A DNA stretch of 63,535 bases, the filler included, from Octopus bimaculoides (taxonomy: Eukaryota), in the NCBI RefSeq assembly GCF_001194135.2. It is 9 parts of 9 records of this genome, joined end to end, with 100 filler letters (N's around TTAATTAATTAA, not from the genome) between each part and the next. Parts side by side here need not be neighbours in the genome. Positions count along the whole stretch, not along the records: positions 11,018 to 17,663 come from NC_068990.1; positions 17,764 to 27,679 come from NC_068996.1; 7 more parts are not named here. One strand, 5' to 3'. Made by a program: the position numbers and the translations under genes. The notes under the pieces were generated by a model that saw nothing but the letters and a program-made list of their open reading frames with translations, was not told the origin of the DNA and made no database searches. Positions 13,891 to 24,667 of this stretch are shown here, in pieces (position 1 is the stretch's first letter; each line of letters opens with the position of its first letter).

Positions 13891-13940
13891 CGTCTCGGAT
13901 GAAGGGATGTCCTTCATATCTCTGAAACAGCTGTAAGACA
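13891..13940 (+). ncRNA. Minimal type I hammerhead ribozyme motif (PLE-associated)
   Basis: Stem I GUCU/AGAC; core CGGAUGA (consensus CUGAUGA); 8-bp stem II AGGGAUGU/AUAUCUCU around a CCUUC loop; GAAA; palindromic CAGCUG; UA cleavage site. Confidence 0.75.
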
Positions 13941-14029
13941 AACTTTCATTTTATAAATGTCCTAGAAATTTCACACTGCCTTGGCTTTGCTATCTCATTT
14001 TATTTAACACACACACACACACACACATA

Positions 14030-14238
14030 CGAGGGGTAGCTGAAAAGTTCCTGGCTTTAAAGGTATCAGAAAAGGCCTGGCTGGAGGCCTAGCTTTCCAC
14101 ATTCTTTTACAGAAAAACTGAAGCATTGCCGCAATAAATGTGTGAATCTGAGAGAGAAATATATTGAATAAAATCATAATTAACTGATCCTCTTGTATTT
14201 TCTTTTACTCAAAGCCAGGAACTCTTCAGCGCCCTGTT
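14030..14238. mobile_element. Mariner-like MITE
   Basis: TA|CGAGGGGTAGCTGAAAAGTTCCTGGCTTT at the left end; inverted AAAGCCAGGAACTCTTCAGCGCCC at the right end. Confidence 0.8.
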
Positions 14239-14829
14239 GCACGTGTGTGTGTGTGTGTGTGTGTGTTGCATTGATTTGTGAATGTACAGTTGTATAAAGG
14301 GTAGCATGCATATTAGTGCAGACCTGTAAACATAATTTATTATGCACTGAAATTATCATTAAATGGAGAAAGCTGAGAAACAGCCATAATGCTAAGGATG
14401 ACAAGTTATTAAATAAATATAGAAAGACAACAGGGTAATGTCATTAGTAGGAGAGATTGAGTAGGTAAAAGAAAGAGGAGAAATATCATATCTGAATAAT
14501 CAGAATAATTTTTAAAAAGTTAAAAGTACTTATGAACAAGATGAGAAGGTGAAAATATGAAAAAGTGGAAAATGGAAAAAAAAGAGAAAAGAATTGAAAG
14601 AAATGGAAAAGTGTGAAAGGATGAGATAGTAATAGACTACACAAACTTCAAAAAAACTCTCGAAGAAAAAGTATTTGGAACAATGCATAAAATATCAAAA
14701 ATTCTCAAAGAATCTCAAAAAGATTTGAAGGCTTCAGAGTCATAACATTATAAAGTTTTAAAGATAGAAAGAAAGAAAGAAAGAAAAATATTCGAATGTT
14801 ATTCCGTCGATTATACACCACACACACAC

Positions 14830-16310
14830 CACCATCTGGGCACATAGAAACAAAACCTAGCACCGAGTCAAATGAAATCCACTTGTCACTGACCTAACAG
14901 GAACTCTCATCCTGGAAGAAAAGATGATACTGGACAAAAGCCTCAAATATGCTATCATCCAGAGACTCATGGAATACATCACCACCACATCTGTCTCCAG
15001 AATGGCATCCATGTTACTATGGGCTCAGAAGCTCAACAAGGAAGACCATCGTGGAGACCATAACTGAGTTATCAAACCTTACACGTATGAAGAAGAGTTC
15101 ATAAACTGGGATACAATGCACCCCACACTGGAGATACGTCAACGATGCATTCGTCTTAACAAACTCTAGGGATGAGGCAATCAGAACCCACAATGTCTGC
15201 AACAGCCTCCATCACATCCAATTTGATGTTGAATACCCAGCCACTAATGGCTCGCGACGTCTCTTGGACTTCAACATATCCTTTACATCAGGACATGCGA
15301 CAACGTGCTTCTTCGAGAAAGAGGCAAAGAAAGACATCTTTGTCTACACGAATTCAGCATATCCACAGGTGTAGAAGCATAATGTGGCCTTCAACGAGAT
15401 CAACTATTACATAAGCAGATGCGACAAGGCTGAAATAAAGAACCATGTAAGGACAGATTTCATTATGATGCAAACCCAAGTTCATAGAGAAAACGCATAA
15501 CACTGTAAACACACGAGCACGAAGGCGCTACAAAACCATCAAATACAAAAGCCACAGAGCAAGTGATGACCGATGAACTGGTGACGATAATGGCAACGAT
15601 GACCACAACAACACCGACAAAGGTAATTCTAGCAACCACAATAAAAGTGCTAACAACAGCAGCCACAACAACAACAAAAGTGTCAGCAACAGCAACAACC
15701 ACAACAATAATCAGCACCATCAACAACAGCAGCACCACCAGCAACAAAAATAGCATCAACAATTATGGAAGAAAAAAAAGAAAGAAGAAAGAAATAGAGA
15801 AATGGAGGAATAATGTTTTCTTTATTGGTTACCAGGGCCAAACATGAATGTACGTTAACCTTCCATACTATGAAAATAGAATAGAAAACAAGATAACGAA
15901 CATCAAAAGATTTAGTCTACTGGTCAGAATCACAAGACTAGGCTACACCCTTAGGCACTACTACCTCTTTCACACAAACAACACACAGGACACATGCTGT
16001 TTGAACCAATGCCCAATCAAAGCAAGATAGCCAACGGACAGTGTTCCACTTTGTTTTGACTCTTACGTGGTGTACGAAATGACATGTTCTTGCGGCGAAA
16101 CGTACATAAGATCGACAAAAAGACAGCTTCACACCAGAATGAAGGAACATCTCGTCAAGACCACATCACTCAGCACCGTATTCCAGCAACATCAACGTTG
16201 TGGGGGAGATTTCTCCACCCATATACTGGCAAGGGGGATGGATGTAGCCAACCTCAGAATAAAGGAGGCACACTTCGTTAAAAAGAAAGCACCTAGCCTT
16301 AACCACTGAA
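14830..16310 (+). mobile_element. Decayed Penelope-like element: RT and GIY-YIG endonuclease
   Basis: RT motifs QNGIHVTMGS, HWRYVNDAFVL and IQFDVEYP...LLDFNI. Endonuclease VVYEMTCSCGETYIRSTKRQLHTRMKEH...LRIKEAHFVKKKAPSLN (ORF 16067-16309). Interrupted by a (CAA)-rich stretch at about 15570-15760. Confidence 0.9.
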
Positions 16311-16523
16311 TGAGCTTGACGGCTGGAAATTCATGTACTGCTTCCAGAGCCTTTAACCAATGCCGGCAATAACTACCACGTAAAAGCAAAAACAGCGTCT
16401 GATAAAAGATCCTTCATCCAAAAGCACTAACAAATATGAACTTATCTGAACAGCTAAGCAACAAGGCTATTCACGTATCACATGCTGCCTGTAGGTCTTT
16501 TCTGTCTATCTATCTATCTCTCC

Positions 16524-16585
<62 letters not shown>

Positions 16586-16871
16586 TCATCTGTCTGTCTT
16601 TATTTATTTAAACCTTTAAAATTTAACACTTTATAAACTTCATGACACTGAAACCTTCAAAATTTTTCAAGAATCTTTCAGAATTTTATGCATTGTTCCA
16701 GAAACCTTTTCTTTGAGGGTTTTTTGAACTTTGTCTAGACTATTAAAATCTCACCCTTTCACATTTTTTCATCGTTTTCAGTTCTTTTGATTTTATCATT
16801 TTCCACTTTTTCATGATTTTACTTTCTCTTCTCATATTCATAAGTACTTTCAACTTATATGAATATGTATG

Positions 16872-16918
<47 letters not shown>

Positions 16919-17339
16919 ATATGTATATATATATTAAAATTCAATAATAGGACAAATTCTTTTACAAGAATTTATCAAGTAGCTAGCGTGAAAAAAACCC
17001 TCATAAGGGAAAAAATCCATCATTTATTCCCGAAATATATATTTATATTTATATAAGGGCATTACTATACAATAATGCCTCACGCTATGAGGGACTCTAA
17101 GGTCAGACTACCATAAAAACCACATTTTTACCGAACGTGAGGAAATACAACTCTCAAAGCCACAAGAACATGTCATTTCGTACACCACGTATATATATAT
17201 GTATATATATATATATAAATCTCTCTCTCTCTCTCTATATATATATGTAGTGAAACTACCTATCGTCACTAGATACAAAACTACTATCGCCATTACATAC
17301 AATCTTCTCATTTAAATATAAATAAATGCGAGCGTAGTA

Positions 17340-17540
17340 GAGAACCCATTCCTTGTCCATCACGTGACTGATCATTATTCGAATCGGCAACTTCTTCGAA
17401 CCTTTCCCGCCAGAACGCAAACTGACCAATCACGGCCCCTAATAAGGTCACGTGATAGAGTAAAATTCTAAAGGCATTCGGAGCCCTCTTAACGCTATAT
17501 ATAGGTCAACTCATACCCAATAATTTGTCTCGGTCCAGTT
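17340..17540 (+). promoter_or_regulatory. Pol II promoter-like cassette
   Basis: CACGTG at 17361 and 17449, CCAAT at 17426, TATATATA at 17496, and an Inr-like CCAGTT about 30 bp downstream. Locally CpG-rich. Motif evidence only. Confidence 0.4.
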
Positions 17541-17764
17541 TCTCTTTGAGAACTGTTCCGTGTACCACACGACAGCAGCAGCAGTTCCAGCGACCACTTC
17601 AGCAGCTTCGTCCAGCCACGATGACCTCCGCCGTCGCCATATCAGCAACAAGAGTCTACGACTNNNNNNNNNNNNNNNNNNNNNNNNNNNNNNNNNNNNN
17701 NNNNNNNTTAATTAATTAANNNNNNNNNNNNNNNNNNNNNNNNNNNNNNNNNNNNNNNNNNNNT

Positions 17765-18030
17765 AACCCCAAGATTCCGAGTTCGATTCCAGGCAATGAC
17801 CTGTATAATAACTAATAATAATAATAACAACAACAACAACAACAACAACAACATCTAAAAATACCTTAGGAATGAGAACCCAGGTTTGAAATTTCCCCAA
17901 GACACCTGATGAAGACTGGAGGGTATATCTGCCGAAACATTGTGTGAACAAGAAACAAGATGAGGACAAATATCCGTCAAATGTAAATAATGTACATAAT
18001 TCCTCATCTCTTAAATATAGAACTGTATTC
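17765..18030 (+). mobile_element. Interspersed repeat carrying a hammerhead-like core (probably PLE-derived)
   Basis: CUGAUGA at 17906-17912, an imperfect stem II (GACUG/CUGCC) and GAAA at 17934-17937. Confidence 0.55.
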
Positions 18031-18351
18031 TCTTTTTCTTTATGTCTGGAGGGCAGGAAATGCTCATGACCTGTTACAGATCTTCTGAAGCCGGTAGAAA
18101 GAAAGGATGAAGGTATCGTCCTGAAACCTGGCTCGAATGCTTGCAATTAAGTCGACCCAGTTAAAAGACCCCGAAGTGCCAACACAGTGATGCTACACTG
18201 AGCAAAAGATTCAATCTACTACCCATGGCGAAATTTGAACTCAGAATACAAAGAGCCGGGACAAATACCATAACACATCGTTCCTACAACAACAATCACT
18301 GTCTTGGATTAGTACATTTTTATCGACTCCAAAATTATGGAAGACAAAATT

Positions 18352-18722
18352 TGGTACTTTTTGGTTATCTCACCCCCATTAAAAACTTGCCATTAAAAAA
18401 TTGGGTTATCTGCCCATTGAGTTTATGAAGCGACAAGAGATTATATTAAAGAGTTAGACCCTTTTGATTCGATACTTCAACACATTATTGACTTTTGACC
18501 TCCTTAATAGGAATCGTATGATTTGTTTTAAAAATGTTATTAGATTCAATAAGATGTTTAATCTTTTCGGTTTTCATGTCTATTAACTTATTTTCAGGTT
18601 TTTTTTTTTTTAGGGTTAAACAACTTTTTAGTTGGGGTAGATAACCAAAAGTACCGATATTTTTCATAAAACGGGGGTAGATAATCCAATTTTTTAATGG
18701 GGTAAGATAACCAAAAAGTGCT
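18352..18722. mobile_element. MITE with about 70-bp imperfect TIRs
   Basis: GGTACTTTTTGGTTATCTCACCCC...TTTATGAA is mirrored by TTCATAAA...GATAACCAAAAAGTGC. CAAAATT lies directly on both sides. Confidence 0.75.
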
Positions 18723-19261
18723 CAAAATTGATGTCAATGGGATTTGAATTTAGCGACTCTGCAAATTCATCCCTTTGAATGAAGACAATGCAATTTTATT
18801 GGCACTTAATGACTGTGAGAGAAACATAAGACGAAAATATATTCCCATTGAAATATGCATTAAGTTGCAAAGAAATCTCAATTTTAAGGAAGTAAGGGAG
18901 ATAATTCAATACTTAGTTAAAGGAAGTTTGGTCCCTTGCCTGAATTGAGCCCTTTTATATTTAAAAGAAAATGTGTAAATTGAGAAAATGTGAAAATTGA
19001 ATATCATTATATATTAAACTTTATGATTTTAAGTAAAAATTTATTTTATGCAATTACATGTGGAATCTATCCGCAAACTTTCAAAGCTTTTAAGGTTGAT
19101 TACAAAAATTACAGAAAATTTTCGTAAGCGCCAAACAAGGAGTCACCTTCATGAACTCTATCTGATCAAAGCCTTACATATTTGCACCAAGTGCATGAAA
19201 GAATCAGTTTAAATAGCCGCACAAGGGCTTGCTGTTCTTCCTCATGATCTCTGAATATAGC

Positions 19262-19321
<60 letters not shown>

Positions 19322-19684
19322 TGAGTTACCCCAAATACAGGCAACCTTGAACAATTGAGGTGCCATTATTCTGAATTTTCAATGGATTTTGATAGTTTCA
19401 CTTTTTTTCATACATTTATAATGTGAATAAGGAGTAAAATAAATAAATAAATAAATAAATAAGAGACAAACAATATGATGAAAATTACTTTATTAGCTGC
19501 TAAGTACAAATTAAATAATTTGGTACTAAATTTTTAAAAGTTGCAGAAGCAGACCATAGTTAAAACACAATAGCATGTTGCCAGCACTTTTTTTTAAACA
19601 CAGGATTTTCAAAAATGTTTTTAGCTTAGAGTTTCATTTTTCTAAATACCTCTATTTCAATAGTTTCCTGTGCACACGCATATG

Positions 19685-19720
<36 letters not shown>

Positions 19721-20195
19721 TGTGTGTGCACGCGCGAGAGTGTTTGTATGTGTGCATAAATACACAAATATAAACCAAAGAGACAATGAAGTCCCAAGAT
19801 GCAGCCAAAGGTGTTAATTATTTTTATCTTTTACTTGATTTAATCATTGGACTGTGGTCATGCTGCAGCACCTCCTTTGAAGGGTTTCATTCAAATAAAT
19901 CAATGTCAGTACTAACGGGATTTTTTGCTGTTTTTAAGTTTGGTACTCATTCAATCGATCCCTTTTACTGAACCACTAGGTTACAGGGATGTAAACAAAC
20001 ATATACCATTTGTCAAGCAGTGGTGAGGGCTAAACTCATACACAAAGACACACACATGTATACATACATACATACATTCATACACACACACATTCATACA
20101 CACACACATACATACACACACACATACATACATACATACATACATACACACACACATACACACACATACATACATACATACATACATACATACAC

Positions 20196-20226
<31 letters not shown>

Positions 20227-20309
20227 TACATACATACACATACATACATACATACACACATACGTACACACATACGTACATACATGCATACATACATACA
20301 TACATACAT

Positions 20310-20970
<661 letters not shown>

Positions 20971-21554
20971 CTCACACACACACACTGTATGGTACCCATA
21001 TACAAACGGTTCTTTAAAGAAACAAATTGAATAAAGAATGGTTTTCCTGGGAAAAATTAAACTTGCATGACAAGCTGCAATTTCATCAGTGAACTACAAT
21101 CAGACTACAAATGACTGGAAACCCATTTACTTAGCAAGCTGAAATTTGGTCAACAAACTACAAGAAGGTGAATCAGGAATATAAATGGTTGAAGGAGTGT
21201 GTACAAACTGTTTGTCAATGTCCATGTTTATATCTCACATAGCTTGCAAAATTATCAGATTTTCTAGTAAGACTATAAAAGATATCTTAAGAAATTGCTG
21301 GTTCTTAAGTCAGAGCAATTGTTGCCTAAGGGATTATTTTTATCTTTGTACTGGGTGATAGTTAAATGTTTTGAAATCTCCAGGGAGTTGTCCAAATTCA
21401 TGGATGTTATTGAAAAGCTTTGTGAGTTTGTCAATACAATAATCTTGTAGTGCTTCTAACATCTCACACATATTTGGGCCTGGAGCTTTATGTTTTTTCA
21501 TCCTGATGACATGTTCCAGCTCAGACTCTAAAATTTTTGGTCTATCAATGATGA

Positions 21555-21750
21555 TTGGTGCTGGTGCCACATAAAAAGCACCCAGTACACTCTGTAAAAT
21601 AACTGGCATTAGGAAGGGCATCCAGTCATAGAAACCAAGCCAAAACAGACAATTGGGGCCTGGTGTAGCTCCCCAGCTGGCCAGCCCCTGTGAAACCATC
21701 CAACCCATGCCAGCATGGAAAGCAGACATTAAATGATGATGATGATGGTG
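21555..21750 (+). mobile_element. SINE 3' portion with (GAT)n tail, inserted in the RTE
   Basis: GGTGCCACATAAAAAGCACCCAG...GGAAGGGCATCCAG...CCAACCCATGCCAGCATGGAAAGCAGACATTAAATGATGATG, shared with 27.2-27.4 kb and 41.9-42.1 kb. Confidence 0.85.
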
Positions 21751-22184
21751 GTGAAGTCTTTTCATATATTTCATCCTCAAATCCATATTTTATACATTTT
21801 TCACTTATTTTCCTTATTTTTTTTCCTTTGCTTTAAGACATATTCTTTTGGACTATCTGCCATTCTTTGATATTCCAATACATTTTCTTTTTTGCGTTTG
21901 TATAAACACACCATATTTCAACACATTTTCCTTTCAGTTAATTTTGTTTCTCATTCCCACTTTTATTTTTGATTTTGTTTACTTCTTTATATATCTTGGG
22001 ATCAGATTTCTTTGTCATTTTCCGTTCTTTCATCAGTTGGAGGAATTTTTCCAGTCTTCATCGTTGGTCTTTCTTTAGCTTCTTTTCTGGTAATGCGCAA
22101 ATCCTATAATTCGCAATGCCTCAAATGCTTTCCCACTTGACACCAATTTTCCATTGAGTGTTTCTCACCAATATTGTTCTAAAG

Positions 22185-22415
22185 GGCATCAAGCTGGCAG
22201 AATGGTAAGCATGCCGGGCGAAATGCTTAGCAGTATTCTGTCTGTCTTTACGTTCTGAGTTCAAATTCTGCCGAGGTCGACTTTGCCATTCATCCTTTCG
22301 GGGTTGATTAAATAAGTACCAGTTACGCACTGAGGTCAATATAATTGACTTAATCCGTTTGTCTGTCCTTGTTTGCCCCTCTATGTTTAGCCCCTTGTGG
22401 GCAATAAAGAAATAA
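22185..22415 (+). mobile_element. tRNA-derived SINE with conserved central domain
   Basis: A-box and B-box-like head (GCTGGCAGAATGG...GAGTTCAAATTC), then GGTCGACTTTGCCATTCATCCTTTCGGGGTTGATTAAATAAGTACCAG. An antisense relative lies at 57885-58050. Confidence 0.85.
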
Positions 22416-22904
22416 ATATTGTTCTAAATCTTCATTCATGAGTATTTCATATTTATTCTTCACTCCAATGGAGTATCTTAGCCTCTCTTCTTCCAATCTC
22501 AGTCAACATCATAAGCTTTCCTTTCATTCAGTTTCTTTACCTTTCTAAACTTCATTTATCAGTATATAATCAAACTTCTTCCATCATACATAACTAGGGC
22601 TTTTTCCAGGGGTATCTCTTCCTTCCCAGATGATCAAACATATTGTTTGCAATGCGCATCTTGTGCTCTTTCCAAAAAGCATTTCAACCTTGTATTTCCA
22701 TCATTTCTTTTACCCAATCCATAATTTCCTGTCCTAAATGCACGTTTTTCACAGCTTACCTTACCATTGAAGTCTCCCATAATCAGTAAGATGTCAGCTG
22801 ATTTCATTTCTTTTAGTGATTATTTGACAAAAACTCTTCCACTTTTTCACCAGATTATACAGTGGTGAGTACATAGACGTATAAAATAGTTGTACTAAAA
22901 GACT

Positions 22905-24451
22905 TGGTCAGTATAAAGATCTTCACCCGTGAGCAAAAAAATAAATAAATAAACCAGCCTGCTGGGTGTTAACAAGTATGTAGAAAACGAATATGGAAAA
23001 AAAAATTTCCGATAAGGACCCTGGGGACATGGGAGAGAGTTTTGGAAAATTCACAAGATCCGATTTTTTCATCATAACTTTCAGTAAAATGGATATATAT
23101 TGATTTTTTTTTTTACAGAATCCCACGTTTTTGGTTATGGAGGATCCAATTCTGTAAAAAACATTTCAAAAATCGCATTTTCAAAATCTGTAATTTTGTA
23201 TGANNNNNNNNNNNNNNNNNNNNNNNNNNNNNNNNNNNNNNNNNNNNNNNNNNNNNNNNNNNNNNNNNNNNNNNNNNNNNNNNNNNNNNNNNNNNNNNNN
23301 NNNNNNNNNNNNNNNNNNNNNNNNNNNNNNNNNNNNNNNNNNNNNNNNNNNNNNNNNNNNNNNNNNNNNNNNNNNNNNNNNNNNNNNNNNNNNNNNNNNN
23401 NNNNNNNNNNNNNNNNNNNNNNNNNNNNNNNNNNNNNNNNNNNNNNNNNNNNNNNNNNNNNNNNNNNNNNNNNNNNNNNNNNNNNNNNNNNNNNNNNNNN
23501 NNNNNNNNNNNNNNNNNNNNNNNNNNNNNNNNNNNNNNNNNNNNNNNNNNNNNNNNNNNNNNNNNNNNNNNNNNNNNNNNNNNNNNNNNNNNNNNNNNNN
23601 NNNNNNNNNNNNNNNNNNNNNNNNNNNNNNNNNNNNNNNNNNNNNNNNNNNNNNNNNNNNNNNNNNNNNNNNNNNNNNNTATATATATTGATGCGACCAC
23701 CGAAAATACAAATTAATGTTATATCCCTATCTCCCGAGCTGGGTTTTGAAACCATATTCTGGTTGTTGGGGAGAATGGCATTTCCTTTGTCTTGTCAACA
23801 ACCACAGCTATTTTTGGCGTAGGAGTGATCGCTGACCCTTTCCGGTCAGCGAAAGTTCAGAAAAACAAGTGAGGAATTGTACTGAACTGACCCAGCTTTG
23901 GGAGGGGGTAAGGTAGCACTATTGAGCTACGGTATTTGTGATAAACAAAGAATTGGCGCGAACAGTTGGCGTACGGAGTTGGCATCAGGCAGTTGGCCAG
24001 AGGTAGTGGGATCAGGCAGTTGGTATCAGGCGAGTTGGCCAGTCGAGTTGGCCGAAGCAGTTGGCGAAGGCAGTTGGCCTGAGAGGTGGATGAAGAACAT
24101 CAGCCAGTGAAGATGAACAGTGATAAGTCTGACAGAGAGAAGCCGACAGAGAGAGGGCCTATAGTCAGCAGGTACGAGTAAGCAGAAATGCTTAGAGTCT
24201 CGGAGAGAGAGAGGGACAGAGAGATGGAACTGTTGTGGCAGCCAAAAGAGATCGTAGTAGTCAGTTGGTTACTTCTTGGATAGTAGGAGTTATGACGGAA
24301 AAATCAGACCTTGTGAATTTTCCGAAAGTCCTCTCCCCACCCCCACCCACAAAGTTTTTTTTTCATACTCGTTTTCTACATACTTATTAACACCCAGCAG
24401 GCTGGGGGGTTTTTGGGTTTTTTTCACAGATGAAGATCTTTATATTGACCA
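22905..24451. mobile_element. Non-autonomous TIR element (about 170-bp imperfect TIRs) nested in the RTE
   Basis: Ends TGGTCA...TGACCA, with AAGACT duplicated at 22899-22904 and 24452-24457. The interrupted RTE sequence resumes on both sides. Confidence 0.85.
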
Positions 24452-24622
24452 AAGACTGCTTTTATTTTCAACAACATGATTCTTTCATTTACAGACCTGA
24501 ATCCTAAGACAAGTTTTCTTTATCTTTTTATGTTTCAAAAAAATCCTACTTCATGTCCATGTTTTTCGTCTCCTGCATGTAGGATGTCATAATATTCTGT
24601 CTTGATGTAGCCATCTTTTACC

Positions 24623-24667
<45 letters not shown>

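Noticed and set aside
15563-15847. Thr-rich mucin-like ORF
   Set aside because: It is a degenerate (CAA/ACA)n tract inside the PLE relic, with no splice or domain evidence.
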